From NCBI GenBank assembly GCA_963764165.1, contig CAVXRD010000002.1, positions 1,344,001 to 1,408,000 on the forward strand: a stretch of 64,000 bases of DNA, written 5' to 3'. Below, piece by piece: positions 46,827-56,572 of the stretch. Below the pieces are notes generated by a model. It saw nothing but the letters and a program-made list of their open reading frames with translations, was not told the DNA's origin and did not search any database. Made by a program: the position numbers and the translations under genes. This stretch comes from an uncultured Verrucomicrobiae bacterium (GTDB lineage Bacteria > Verrucomicrobiota > Verrucomicrobiia > Limisphaerales > Palsa-1400). Within the stretch, counting starts at the first letter, position 1. Each line of letters opens with the position of its first letter.

Positions 46827-47600
46827 ATGCTGGCCAAACGGGTAATCCCTTGTCTCGACGTCCACGATGGCAAAGTCACGCGCGGTGTGCAGTTCGGAAG
46901 AGCTGAGGCAGGCGAATTGCGCAGCGTGGGCGATCCTGTGGAACTGGCCATCCGCTACAACAACCAAGGCGCGGACGAAATGGTGTTCTTCGACATCACC
47001 GCCAGCGCCCACGGACGCGCCACCATGATTGGCGTCATCGAACGCGCGGCCGACGAATGCTTCATGCCGCTCACGGTCGGCGGCGGTTTGCGCACGGTCG
47101 ACGATCTCCACGCCATGCTCCGCGCCGGGGCCGACAAGACCAGCATCAACTCATCGGCACTCGCCACGCCCGAATTGATTCGCCAAGGCGCCGAAAAATT
47201 CGGCAGCCAATGCATCGTCGTCTCCATCGACGCCCGCAAAGTCGGCCGGGAAAAATGGGAAGTTTTCTCGCATGGCGGACGCAAACCCACCGGCCGCGAT
47301 GCCGTCGCTTGGGCCAGGGAAGCCGTCGCCTTGGGCGCGGGCGAAATCGTGCTCAACAGCATCGATGCAGACGGCACCAAGGCGGGCTTCGATTTGGAAA
47401 TCACCCGGCGCGTGAGTGAATCGGTCGGCGTTCCGGTCGTCGCCAGCGGCGGGGCGGGAACCTTGCAACACATAGCCGACGTTCTCTTGGCGGGAAAAGC
47501 TGACGCTGTGCTGGCGGCCAGCATTTTCCATTTCGGCGAATACACCGTTGGCGACGTGAAAGATTTCCTGGCCGCGCAGAACATTCCCGTCCGAAGGTAG
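46827..47600 (+). CDS. hisF: Imidazole glycerol phosphate synthase subunit HisF
   Basis: [36 protein letters not shown] and LAASIFH. Confidence 0.96.
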   Translation: MLAKRVIPCLDVHDGKVTRGVQFGRAEAGELRSVGDPVELAIRYNNQGADEMVFFDITASAHGRATMIGVIERAADECFMPLTVGGGLRTVDDLHAMLRAGADKTSINSSALATPELIRQGAEKFGSQCIVVSIDARKVGREKWEVFSHGGRKPTGRDAVAWAREAVALGAGEIVLNSIDADGTKAGFDLEITRRVSESVGVPVVASGGAGTLQHIADVLLAGKADAVLAASIFHFGEYTVGDVKDFLAAQNIPVRR

Positions 47601-47612
47601 GGACGCCTCGCC

Positions 47613-47750
47613 GAGATTGTCTCAAAACTACAAAATCCTCAAAGTGTGTCAATACTACCAATCTCTCATTTTCGATATGGCGCATTTTTATTTTCGGTGA
47701 GGGTGTTTTGGTGGTGCTTTTTAAAGCCGTTTTTGAGTTTTGACAGACTC
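47613..47750 (+). mobile_element. 138-bp MITE sharing the IS1182 terminal IR
   Basis: Starts with GAGATTGTCTCAAAACT (identical to the IS left end) and ends with AGTTTTGACAGACTC. CGCC on both sides. No transposase ORF. Confidence 0.85.
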
Positions 47751-47805
47751 CGCCGAGGCGTCCGGGGTGAGGCGTGGTCCACGCACAAGGGCGGACGTCT
47801 CGGCG

Positions 47806-49488
47806 GAGACTGTCTCAAAACGTTTTAGTCTGGCCGATCTGGTTATATGGGCACCAATAGGGGCTGTGGAAACGGGTGTCAACTTTTAGTTGTCAGAGCG
47901 TGGCTGGCGTCAGCGATGACGCCAAGCTTCCCTTTCCCTCCTTTTTTAGGCCGCCATCGCCAAATTTCCTTCAACCGCGGCGGTTTTGACTTCCATTTTC
48001 GGCGTCTGGACCCGGGCCTGCCACTTTTTATAGAGGATTCGCAGGTTCAAGGTGGCGCATAACAAGGCCCATTGGGCTTGCACGGCTTCCAGACCCCAAA
48101 CTGTCCAACGCCGAAAGCCGTCGTGTTGCTTGAGCTGCCCAAACCGGCGTTCGATGATCTCTTTGCGCTTTCCATAAAGCGCGGCGGGTCCTGGCTCTTG
48201 CAGCCGGGCCCGCATGGCTTGCACCAGCGTGGTGTGCGGCCACACTTCGACTTGCCGCCCTTTGGGATCGCGGCTGCAGAGGGCGCGCACGGGACAGTCT
48301 CGGTGATGGCAGCGGAAGCGCTCAACGGTCTGGCCTTTCTTGGTGGTCTGGCCTTCGTGGTCCAGAAGGCGCTCTTGCGGGCAGGTGACGGTGTGGGCCG
48401 CCTCGTCATAATGAAAATGCTGCGTCGCGTAGGCGTTGTCGTGGGCTGGCTTGCCCTCCGCCGGCGGGGCCAGCACATTCATCTGCTGTTCCACGGCCGC
48501 TTTCAAGTCGGCCCCGCCCCCATAGCCGGCGTCGGCGGCGGTGAGGGTTGGAATGGCCGCCGGACCGAGGTTTTGCCTCGCTTCTTCAATCATGGGGACC
48601 AGCTGGCCGGCGTCGGTTTCCTGGCGGGTGGCTTGACAGGCGACCATGATGCCCTCCTGGCTGTCGGCCACCGCCTGGGCGTTGTAGGCAAAGCGGTTGG
48701 TGTCGCCGACTTTCATCCGGCGCGCCTCCGGTTCGGCTGGATGGTAATGGTGGCGCCCGTCGGCCTGCAGCTGGGCCAGGCCTTTTTTGATTTCCTCGCG
48801 CAGGGCCTGGCGCTGGGCCAACCCGGCGGGCAGCCGGCAGCCCGGTGCGCTGGAATCCTGGTTCTCCGCCACGACTTTGAGCTCGATTTCCTCCAAGGCG
48901 CCATCCAGCTGGGCCAGGAGCTTCTCCATGTAAACCTTGCTCCAGCCCTGCGGCCCGCTGCAGGCGGCTTGAATCTTGGTGCCGTCCAACGCTTGCAAGG
49001 CAAATCCCACCGCCCCGGTGCGGAGGGCCAGCTGCACGGTTTGCTTGAAAACCTGGCGCAGGGCCTTTTTGTTTCCGTCCCAGAACCGCCAGAGGCTGTT
49101 GTGGTCGGGGGCGTTGAGCCCCGTCAGCCACAGCAGCGAGACATGCTCCGTGCAGGCGGTTTCCAGCTTGCGGGTGGAGCGAATGCGGTGGAAATAACCG
49201 TAAAGCCAAATCTTGAGCAGGAGGCTGGGGGCATAGGGCGGACGGCCTTCGGCGGCGGCGGGAATGACAAACCCAAGCTGGGGCAGATCCAACTGGTCGA
49301 CAAATTCGCGCAGGAAGCGGGCGGGATGGTCGGCGGACACCCAGTCCTCCAGGGCGGGCGGGAGGAGGAACTGCTGTCCGTAATCAGGGGCAATCGGTTG
49401 AGCCATATTTGTTGAACGGCATTGTCAACTAAAGGCTCACATATTGTCAAATACATTCCTCAAAAAACAGAAGTTTTGAGACAATCTC
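47806..49488 (-). mobile_element. IS1182-family insertion sequence, copy 2 (1683 bp)
   Basis: Reverse complement of copy 1. GGCG duplicated at 47802-47805 and 49489-49492. Confidence 0.92.
47946..49406 (-). CDS. IS1182-family DDE transposase
   Basis: 486 aa, same as 38646-40106 except one L/S change (HVLLL vs HVSLL). Confidence 0.93.
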   Translation of the reverse strand: MAQPIAPDYGQQFLLPPALEDWVSADHPARFLREFVDQLDLPQLGFVIPAAAEGRPPYAPSLLLKIWLYGYFHRIRSTRKLETACTEHVSLLWLTGLNAPDHNSLWRFWDGNKKALRQVFKQTVQLALRTGAVGFALQALDGTKIQAACSGPQGWSKVYMEKLLAQLDGALEEIELKVVAENQDSSAPGCRLPAGLAQRQALREEIKKGLAQLQADGRHHYHPAEPEARRMKVGDTNRFAYNAQAVADSQEGIMVACQATRQETDAGQLVPMIEEARQNLGPAAIPTLTAADAGYGGGADLKAAVEQQMNVLAPPAEGKPAHDNAYATQHFHYDEAAHTVTCPQERLLDHEGQTTKKGQTVERFRCHHRDCPVRALCSRDPKGRQVEVWPHTTLVQAMRARLQEPGPAALYGKRKEIIERRFGQLKQHDGFRRWTVWGLEAVQAQWALLCATLNLRILYKKWQARVQTPKMEVKTAAVEGNLAMAA

Positions 49489-49580
49489 GGCGAGACGTCC
49501 CTACCTTAAAACAGGCCGCAAAATCGTTGCCAAGTGGGTTGCCACCGCCTTAGGATGCATGCGACTCGTTGATCGCTCTC

Positions 49581-50369
49581 ATGGCGGAATATAAAGTCCA
49601 ATTTGAAGTTTTCGAGGGCCCGCTTGATTTGCTCCTTTACCTCATTAAAAAGGAGGAAGTCGATATTTATGAGGTCAACCTGACCCAACTGGCCACCCGC
49701 TTCATCGAACACGTCGAGGTCATGCGGATGCTGGATTTGGACATCGCCGGCGAATTTTTGGTGATGGCCTCGACGCTGATGTATATCAAGAGCCGCGAGC
49801 TTCTGCCCAAGGAGCAGCAGGTCCAGGCCACCGACGAGGAGGAAGGCGAAGATCCGCGCTGGGAATTGATCCGCCAACTTGTCGAATACAAAAAGTTCAA
49901 GGACGCCGCCTCCCAATTGCAAGTGCGCGAACTCGCCCAGGAAAACACCTTTCCCCGCGTGCCCGTCCGCATGGAAATGCCGCCCGCGCTGGCCCAGCGC
50001 CGCGGCGAAGCTTCGATTTTCGACCTCGTCAATGCCGTCAGCGAAATCCTCAAGCGCGTCAGCAAGCGGGATGACATGCGGGAAATTTACGAGGATAAAT
50101 TTTCCGTCAGCGAGAAAATCGAGCATCTGCTCAAGTCGATTTCCGAAAAAGGCTCGCTGAAATTTTCGGAATTATTTGCCGGAGCCGCCAGCCGGCCGGA
50201 AGTGATTTGCACTTTTCTGGCCTTGCTGGAATTGATCCGGCTCAAGCAATTGGTTTGCCTGCAATCGGCGGATTTCGACGAAATTGAAATTGCCCGCGCG
50301 CCCGCCCCTGCGCCGCCGTCCGCCGAGCCTCCGCCTCCAGCCACGCCCGGCGAAACGAATTTACCCTGA
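49581..50369 (+). CDS. scpA: Segregation and condensation protein A
   Basis: FEGPLDLLLYLI, GEFLVMASTL.YIKSRELLP and TFLALLEL. Confidence 0.95.
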   Translation: MAEYKVQFEVFEGPLDLLLYLIKKEEVDIYEVNLTQLATRFIEHVEVMRMLDLDIAGEFLVMASTLMYIKSRELLPKEQQVQATDEEEGEDPRWELIRQLVEYKKFKDAASQLQVRELAQENTFPRVPVRMEMPPALAQRRGEASIFDLVNAVSEILKRVSKRDDMREIYEDKFSVSEKIEHLLKSISEKGSLKFSELFAGAASRPEVICTFLALLELIRLKQLVCLQSADFDEIEIARAPAPAPPSAEPPPPATPGETNLP

Positions 50370-51103
50370 TGGAACTCAAATCAATATTGGAAGCCATTCT
50401 CTTCTCGGCCCAAAAGCCGATGAGCCCGAAAGAGCTGCGGGATATTCTCAGCGCCGCCGCGGAACATGGCGAAGACGCAAAGCCTTTCAAGAAAACGAAG
50501 GACGAAGCCGTCGTCGCGGCGCTTGAGGAATTGCAGAAGGACCACGAAGCGGCGGCGCGAAGTTACCGTTTGGCCTGCGTGGCGGGTTCATGGCAATTCG
50601 CCAGCCAGCCGGAATACGCGCCTTGGATCGTGGCAATGGTCGGCGCGAAAGTGCGTCCGCCGCGCCTCTCGCAGCCGGCGTTGGAAACTCTCGCCATCGT
50701 TGCCTACCGGCAGCCCCTCACGAGAGCCGAAATTGAGCAAATCCGCGGCGTGGCAGTCGACGGCGTCATGACGACCCTGCTGGAGCGCGGATTGGTCGAG
50801 CAGGCCGGCCGCGCGGAAGTGATCGGCCGCCCTATGACCTACGGCACGACACCCGCGTTCCTCGAATATTTTGGTTTGCGCAGCCTGGAGGAGCTTCCGG
50901 CGGCGGACGAATTGCGGCGCATCCCGGTGACGAAGCCGGAACAATTATTGACAGCCGACCCCGGCCTCGCCACGGTTCCGCCCGACCAGCTTTCCCTGGC
51001 GGAAGTGGAATCCGGGCCGCCGAATGAACCCGCAGGAGCCGCTCCCGCTGGCGAAACGTCCCCGCCGGCGCCAGAGGCCGCGCCGGAAAATCCCCCGCAA
51101 TGA
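50369..51103 (+). CDS. scpB: Segregation and condensation protein B
   Basis: LEAILF, LSQPALETLAIVAYRQP.TRAEIE.IRGV and YGTT..FL.YFGL. Confidence 0.95.
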   Translation: MELKSILEAILFSAQKPMSPKELRDILSAAAEHGEDAKPFKKTKDEAVVAALEELQKDHEAAARSYRLACVAGSWQFASQPEYAPWIVAMVGAKVRPPRLSQPALETLAIVAYRQPLTRAEIEQIRGVAVDGVMTTLLERGLVEQAGRAEVIGRPMTYGTTPAFLEYFGLRSLEELPAADELRRIPVTKPEQLLTADPGLATVPPDQLSLAEVESGPPNEPAGAAPAGETSPPAPEAAPENPPQ

Positions 51104-52176
51104 CGATTTCCGACCATCGCAAGTCCATCGATGAGCTGGACGCGCAGATCATCCGCCTTCTGAACGCGCGCACGGAGCACGTCCTGAAAATTGGCGAGAT
51201 CAAGCTCAAGGCGGGCGAGGCGATTTACGTCCCCCACCGCGAGCGCATGGTGCTGCAGCGCATTTGCAAATTAAACGAGGGGCCGATCAAGGACGAATCG
51301 CTGCGCGCAATTTATCGCGAGATCATGTCCAGCGCCTTGTCACTCGAGAAATCGATGACCATCGCGTATCTCGGGCCGGAAGCGACGTTCACTCATCAGG
51401 CGGCCGTGCAGCGATTTGGCTCGAGCCTGCGTTACACCGCGCAGAATACCATTGCCGATATTTTCACCGAAGTGGGAAAGAACCGCGCGGATTACGGGGT
51501 TGTCCCTGTTGAGAACACGACGGAAGGCGTTGTCACCCATACGCTGGATATGTTTGTTGACAGCCCATTGCGGATCGTCGCGCAAATTGTTTTGCCAATT
51601 CAGTATTGCCTGGCTGGCGAAGGGCGGCTGAAGGATGTGCAACGTCTGTTCGGCCATCCCCAGGCCCTGGCGCAATGCCGTTTGTGGATACAGCGGAATT
51701 TGCCCAAGGCGGAAATTCTGGAAACATCATCCAACGCCCGCTCGGCGGAACTTGTGAGTTTGGCGGACAAGAAAGACCGCCCGCATTCCGCGGCGATTAC
51801 GGGATTTCTGGCGGCCGAGAAGTACGACCTCAAAATCATTGATCGCGGCATCCAGGATTTCAGCGACAACGCCACGCGCTTTCTCGTGCTCGGCCGACAA
51901 TGCGGACCGGCCACGGGACGCGACCGGACGAGCCTGATGTTCAGCATCGCGGACAAAGTTGGCGCGCTTTACCACGCGCTGGCGTCCTTCCGCCGATACA
52001 AGCTGAACATGACCAAGATCGAGTCGCGCCCGAGCAAGCGGAAGGCGTGGGAGTATTTCTTTTTTGTTGACTGCGACGGCCATTTCACCGACAAGCGCGT
52101 GGCCAAGGCCATCACCGATCTCGAGGCGGCCTGCAATTTCGTCAAAGTCCTCGGGTCCTATCCCAACGGAGATTAG
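51100..52176 (+). CDS. pheA: Chorismate mutase / prephenate dehydratase
   Basis: R..IDELD chorismate mutase domain, AYLGPE.TF, P.EN.TEG, N.TRF and ESRP ACT domain. Confidence 0.95.
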   Translation: MTISDHRKSIDELDAQIIRLLNARTEHVLKIGEIKLKAGEAIYVPHRERMVLQRICKLNEGPIKDESLRAIYREIMSSALSLEKSMTIAYLGPEATFTHQAAVQRFGSSLRYTAQNTIADIFTEVGKNRADYGVVPVENTTEGVVTHTLDMFVDSPLRIVAQIVLPIQYCLAGEGRLKDVQRLFGHPQALAQCRLWIQRNLPKAEILETSSNARSAELVSLADKKDRPHSAAITGFLAAEKYDLKIIDRGIQDFSDNATRFLVLGRQCGPATGRDRTSLMFSIADKVGALYHALASFRRYKLNMTKIESRPSKRKAWEYFFFVDCDGHFTDKRVAKAITDLEAACNFVKVLGSYPNGD

Positions 52177-52179
52177 CGC

Positions 52180-52782
52180 GTGAGTGCATCTGGCGCTTAC
52201 CAGATTCGGCGGGCGACGACAGACGATTTGGACAAGCTGATCGTGCTGTGGCGGGCATCCGGGCTGCCGTCCGATGATCTCGAAAAACAATTCACCGAAT
52301 TTCAAGTTGCTGAATCTCGCGAAGGCCAGATCGTCGGCGCCATTGCCATGCAAATCGCGGGCACGGACGGGCGGATTCATTCCGAGGCCTACTCCGATTT
52401 TTCGCTAAGCAATCATTTGCGCCCGCTGTTCTGGGCACGACTGGAAGTGGTCGCGCGCAATCACGGACTTTTTCGTGTCTGGACGACAGAGACCGCGCCG
52501 TTTTGGAAAAAGGAAGCGGGCTTCTCGGCTCCAACAACGCGACCGCCTGAACTTTTCGCGCCTGCCAACGATCCGTGGCTTGCCTTGCGCTTGAAGGAGG
52601 AGGGCGCTGATCCCGCGCTGCTGGAGGCGCAATTCACTCTATTCCGCGAGGCTGAGAGAGCGAAACGCGAGAAATTGATGCAAAGCGCCTCCGCGCTGAA
52701 AATGTTCGGGACGCTGGTGGCGGTGGTCGTGTTTATATTTTCGGTGATGGTGCTATTCTGGTTCATCCGCCACCGGGCGTAG
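52180..52782 (+). CDS. Hypothetical GNAT-like protein with C-terminal TM
   Basis: IRRATTDDL N-terminus and a hydrophobic C-terminus. Operonic with pheA. Confidence 0.6.
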   Translation: MSASGAYQIRRATTDDLDKLIVLWRASGLPSDDLEKQFTEFQVAESREGQIVGAIAMQIAGTDGRIHSEAYSDFSLSNHLRPLFWARLEVVARNHGLFRVWTTETAPFWKKEAGFSAPTTRPPELFAPANDPWLALRLKEEGADPALLEAQFTLFREAERAKREKLMQSASALKMFGTLVAVVVFIFSVMVLFWFIRHRA

Positions 52783-52788
52783 CGTCAA

Positions 52789-53778
52789 CTATTTTTTCTC
52801 CATTTTCTCCGGCGCCTTGTTTGTTTCCGCGGGCGGGGGAGCCGGCGGCGCGACCCAGCCAAGATCGATATCGCAATGTGGAAGCGATTTTTGCAGCGCA
52901 GCCGCTCCGTTTGTTGTGACCTTTGTCTGCCAAAGATGCACATGATGCAAGTTGGTCAGGCTCCTCAAATGATCCAAGCCCGCATCTGTGACGGGCGTGT
53001 CATATAAATTTAGATACGACAGAGTTGGCATTCCGGTGAGGACTTCAAGATCGGTGTCCTTGATCTTGGTGTGTTCGAGGTGCAATTGCCGCAGATTTTC
53101 CAGCGATTTCAAACCGGCGAGGCCAACGCTGGAGAAGGTCGTTCCGGCGAGATTCAAATTCACCAGACTGGTGACATTTTTCAACTGAGCCAGCGCCAAC
53201 TCGACATTGTGTTCGTTCTGGCCGCGAAGGCTCGCTTCATGCCATGGAGAACCGGCGGCGATGGGCCACAGGTCAACTCCCATTGATTGCAATGCCGCCG
53301 CGGATTTTGCTTCCGCGGGGCCGGGTTTGAAATTCGCGGGAAAATCCGGTTCCGGCGGTTCAACTTTGATTGGCTTGGGCACGAAGGGGGCTTCCTTGAC
53401 AACGGCGGCCACGGCTGTCTCCGGCCACGGCGCGCCTTGCTTGATCCAGTCGCGAATTAGATCGGTTTGCGCCTTCGTCAGAAGATCGCCCTTGCTCGGC
53501 ATGACATCATCATTGCCTGCGGGAAGAATGATGCGCCGGTAAAGATCGCTCTTCCCCGGATCGCCGGGCACGAGAACGACGCCGTCATCGCCGCCCTTCA
53601 GCGCGGCGGCTTTGGAATCGAGGCGCAATCCGCCTTTCTGTTTTTCCGCGCCGTGGCAGCCGATGCAGGACTTTTGGAATATGGGGAGAACCTGCGTCGT
53701 GAAATCCACGTCGGCCCGCGCCAGGGCGGCGGAAGCAAATCCAAGCAGCAAGGTTGGCACCAGAAAAATTGTCTTCAC
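52789..53778 (-). CDS. Planctomycete-type cytochrome c domain + leucine-rich repeats
   Basis: VDF..QV.PI...CIGCHG...GLRLD, MP, WI.QGA, then LxxLxL repeats. Confidence 0.88.
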   Translation of the reverse strand: MKTIFLVPTLLLGFASAALARADVDFTTQVLPIFQKSCIGCHGAEKQKGGLRLDSKAAALKGGDDGVVLVPGDPGKSDLYRRIILPAGNDDVMPSKGDLLTKAQTDLIRDWIKQGAPWPETAVAAVVKEAPFVPKPIKVEPPEPDFPANFKPGPAEAKSAAALQSMGVDLWPIAAGSPWHEASLRGQNEHNVELALAQLKNVTSLVNLNLAGTTFSSVGLAGLKSLENLRQLHLEHTKIKDTDLEVLTGMPTLSYLNLYDTPVTDAGLDHLRSLTNLHHVHLWQTKVTTNGAAALQKSLPHCDIDLGWVAPPAPPPAETNKAPEKMEKK

Positions 53779-53821
53779 GCGCCACTATTAGCCCGCCGAC
53801 TTGGAAAAGAAAACGAGTAAA

Positions 53822-54805
53822 TCACGCGGATTTCTCGATGGTGACATCGCCGCCAATAATTCGCTCCAGATGTCCGTGCGGGCCGCGCAGCAGCAGCGCC
53901 CCGTCTTCCGCCAGCGATTCTGCGCGTCCGCGAATCACACGATCACCCATCCGAATGGTGACCTCGCAGCCGAGCGTCGAGCAGCGCCGCTCCCATTGCT
54001 CGGCCAACCGGGTGAATTCGCCATTGGCCACCGCGTGGTAATCGCAATCCAATTCGCGGAGGATGGCCACCGCCAATTCGGCGCGATTGATTATTTGCCC
54101 GGTCTCGATGCAAAGCGACGTTGCCGTTTTCAGCAGGCCGTCCGGAAAATCGGCGGCGGTCGAATTGACGTTCATCCCGATTCCCAAAAGCACTTCCTGC
54201 ACTTGATCCACTTCGGCCCGCATTTCGGTGAGAATTCCCGCGATCTTCCGGCCGCGAATCAACAGATCATTTGGCCACTTGATGTCCGGCGAAACGCCTG
54301 TTTGCGCGGCGACAGCGCGGGTCAGCGCGGTGGCGGCGGCGATGGTGAGTCGCGTCGTTTCCTGCGGCGGCATTTTGGGGCGGAGCAGAATCGTGAACCA
54401 AAGTCCTTTGCCGGGCGGCGAAACCCACGAGCGGCCCAATCGCCCGCGCCCTTTGGTTTGCGATTCGGCGAAAACGGCGGTGCCTTCCTGCGCGCCGCCG
54501 CGGGCGAGCCGGGCGATGACGTCGTTGGTGGAAGTTGTCTCCTGGTAAACGTGAATGGCGCGGCCGATTACATGCGTCTCCCCGAGGCGCGACTGCAAAT
54601 CGTCCGCGTGCAGCAAGTCGGGTGTGCCGAGCAGCCGGTAACCCAAATGCGGGCTGGCTTCCACATCGTAGCCCAATTCCCGCAGCGCCTGCACGCGCGC
54701 CCACACGCCCGCGCGGGTCATGCCGAGCTGGCGGGCCAATTCCGCGCCGGAAACGCCCCACGGCGCTGCGCGGAGGGTGGCGAGAATTTTGGCGTCAACG
54801 CTCAT
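53822..54805 (-). CDS. birA: Biotin-[acetyl-CoA-carboxylase] ligase with HTH
   Basis: N-terminal HTH, STND, QTKGRGRLGRSW, KWPND and KIAGIL.E. Confidence 0.95.
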   Translation of the reverse strand: MSVDAKILATLRAAPWGVSGAELARQLGMTRAGVWARVQALRELGYDVEASPHLGYRLLGTPDLLHADDLQSRLGETHVIGRAIHVYQETTSTNDVIARLARGGAQEGTAVFAESQTKGRGRLGRSWVSPPGKGLWFTILLRPKMPPQETTRLTIAAATALTRAVAAQTGVSPDIKWPNDLLIRGRKIAGILTEMRAEVDQVQEVLLGIGMNVNSTAADFPDGLLKTATSLCIETGQIINRAELAVAILRELDCDYHAVANGEFTRLAEQWERRCSTLGCEVTIRMGDRVIRGRAESLAEDGALLLRGPHGHLERIIGGDVTIEKSA

Positions 54806-55647
54806 GCATCGGCCTGGAAATCCAACGCAACATCCGCCGCCCGCGCCGAATGCGTCAGAGCGCCGACGGAAATAAAATCAACGCCGGTTGAGGCAATTTC
54901 TTTGACAGTCGCCATGCTGACGCCGCCGCTTGCCTCAGTCAGCGTCTTGCCATTCACCAGCCAGACAGCGGCGCGCAATTCCTCGACCGACATATTGTCC
55001 AGCAGAATCACATCGGCCTTCGCGAACAGCGCCTGCTCGACTTGTTCCAGCGTGTCCGCTTCCACCTCGACGAGCAGCTTCGGATATTTTGCGCGCGCGC
55101 GCCGCACTGCGGCTTCGATGGCGTTCGGCGGCTCAAGCCGCAACGCGGCCAAGTGATTGTCCTTGATGAGCACGCGGTCAAAAAGTCCAACCCGATGATT
55201 CGTCCCGCCGCCGCAAGCGACCGCGTATTTTTCTAATTGACGCAAACCGGGCGTGGTTTTGCGCGTGTCGAGAATTTTCGCCTTCGTGCCCGCGGTCGCA
55301 TCGACAAAACGCGCCGTCAGGCTGGCGATGCCTGAAAGCCGCTGCACAAAATTCAGCGCGACGCGTTCCGCCGTGAGCATCGGCCCGGCGGGCCCGCGCA
55401 GGCGCAGCAGCACATCGCCCCCCCTCGCGCGCGCGCCGTCCTTGGCCAGGTGCTCCACGTCGATTTTCCCCGAAACTTCCTTGAAGGCGGCTTCGGCCAG
55501 CGGCAAACCGCACACGACCATCGGCTCGCGCGCGACCATGACGGCGGTGGCGTTGAGGGAATCCGGCACGGTGGCGAGTGTGGTAACGTCGCCATCGCCA
55601 ATGTCCTCAGCCAATGCGCGGCGAACAATTTCAAAATCAAATTTCAA
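54802..55647 (-). CDS. nadC: Nicotinate-nucleotide diphosphorylase
   Basis: AED...GD.TT, ERVALNF, DTRKTTPG, IKDNH and EASGG. Confidence 0.95.
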   Translation of the reverse strand: MKFDFEIVRRALAEDIGDGDVTTLATVPDSLNATAVMVAREPMVVCGLPLAEAAFKEVSGKIDVEHLAKDGARARGGDVLLRLRGPAGPMLTAERVALNFVQRLSGIASLTARFVDATAGTKAKILDTRKTTPGLRQLEKYAVACGGGTNHRVGLFDRVLIKDNHLAALRLEPPNAIEAAVRRARAKYPKLLVEVEADTLEQVEQALFAKADVILLDNMSVEELRAAVWLVNGKTLTEASGGVSMATVKEIASTGVDFISVGALTHSARAADVALDFQADA

Positions 55648-55700
55648 CGGGAGACATTTAGCACCAATTCATCACGAATGCGAAGATGAAATGCCTCTGC

Positions 55701-55803
55701 AGGTAGGGACGCCTCGCCGAGGCGTCCGGGGTGAGGCTTTATTCACGCGCTACCCTTGGCATGCCCACCCGCAACCGGGCGCCTCGGCGAGGCGTCCCTG
55801 CCT
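55701..55803. repeat. Intact (empty) family B REP doublet
   Basis: AGGTAGGGACGCCTCGCCGAGGCGTCCG...GGCGCCTCGGCGAGGCGTCCCTGCCT. Confidence 0.85.
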
Positions 55804-55849
55804 TTGGCCTCTGGACAAAGCGACGGAGACGGGCCAACTTCGTTTCACC

Positions 55850-56572
55850 ATGATGTTTCGGACGGGAAAATGCGCGACGCTTCTACTAGTATTTGGACTG
55901 GCGCGGGCAGTGTTGGCGCAAACGCCTGCTCCGGCTTACACCACCAACGCGCAGCACGATCCCGATGGCATCGGAAAATTTTATTGCGGAAGGGAAATCG
56001 CGCAGGTCATGGGCCATCAGGCCGCAGGCTGGCTGGAGCGTCCGGAACGCGCGGAAGAGGAGCGCCCCGATCTGCTGCTGAAATTGCTTCCGCTTCAATC
56101 GGGTGAAACAGCAGCGGACATCGGAGCGGGCAGCGGCTATCTGAGCTGGCGATTGGCGGGAATTGTTGGCGCGAGCGGACATGTCGATTGCGTCGATATT
56201 CAGCAGGAGATGCTGGATTTGCTGGCAAAGAACATGGCAGCGCATCACACAACCAATTTCCAAACCATCCTCGGCGCCGTGACAGACACGCGCCTCCCCG
56301 CCAACTCCGTCGATCTCGCGCTGATGGTGGATGTCTACCACGAGTTCGATCATCCGCTGGAGATGATGCAATCCATCGTGCGCTCGCTGAAACCTAGCGG
56401 CCGAGTGGTGTGGGTCGAGTATCGCGGCGAGGATCCGGCGGTGCCCATCAAACCGCTCCACAAGATGACCGAAGCCCAGGTGCGAAAGGAGGCCGCTTCG
56501 CTTCCCTTGCAATGGGTGGAAACCATTGAAAAGCTTCCCCGGCAACACATCATTGTTTTCAAAAAAATATGA
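55850..56572 (+). CDS. Class I SAM-dependent methyltransferase (with signal peptide)
   Basis: GREIAQVMGH, ADIGAGSGY and VDVYHE. Confidence 0.88.
   Translation: MMFRTGKCATLLLVFGLARAVLAQTPAPAYTTNAQHDPDGIGKFYCGREIAQVMGHQAAGWLERPERAEEERPDLLLKLLPLQSGETAADIGAGSGYLSWRLAGIVGASGHVDCVDIQQEMLDLLAKNMAAHHTTNFQTILGAVTDTRLPANSVDLALMVDVYHEFDHPLEMMQSIVRSLKPSGRVVWVEYRGEDPAVPIKPLHKMTEAQVRKEAASLPLQWVETIEKLPRQHIIVFKKI

Larger units (their letters stand above)
47595..49506. repeat. GTAG-type REP doublet (family B) with an insertion in each hairpin
   Basis: Left hairpin split by the MITE, right hairpin split by IS copy 2. Removing both rebuilds a doublet like the one at 55701-55803. Confidence 0.85.

Noticed and set aside
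38564..49488. Composite transposon formed by the two inverted IS copies
   Set aside because: Each IS has its own target duplication inside its own REP hairpin, and the enclosed genes include housekeeping hisF. These are independent insertions.
55253..55849. N-terminal extension of the methyltransferase in the ORF track
   Set aside because: It overlaps nadC antisense and a REP. The signal peptide starts at ATG 55850.
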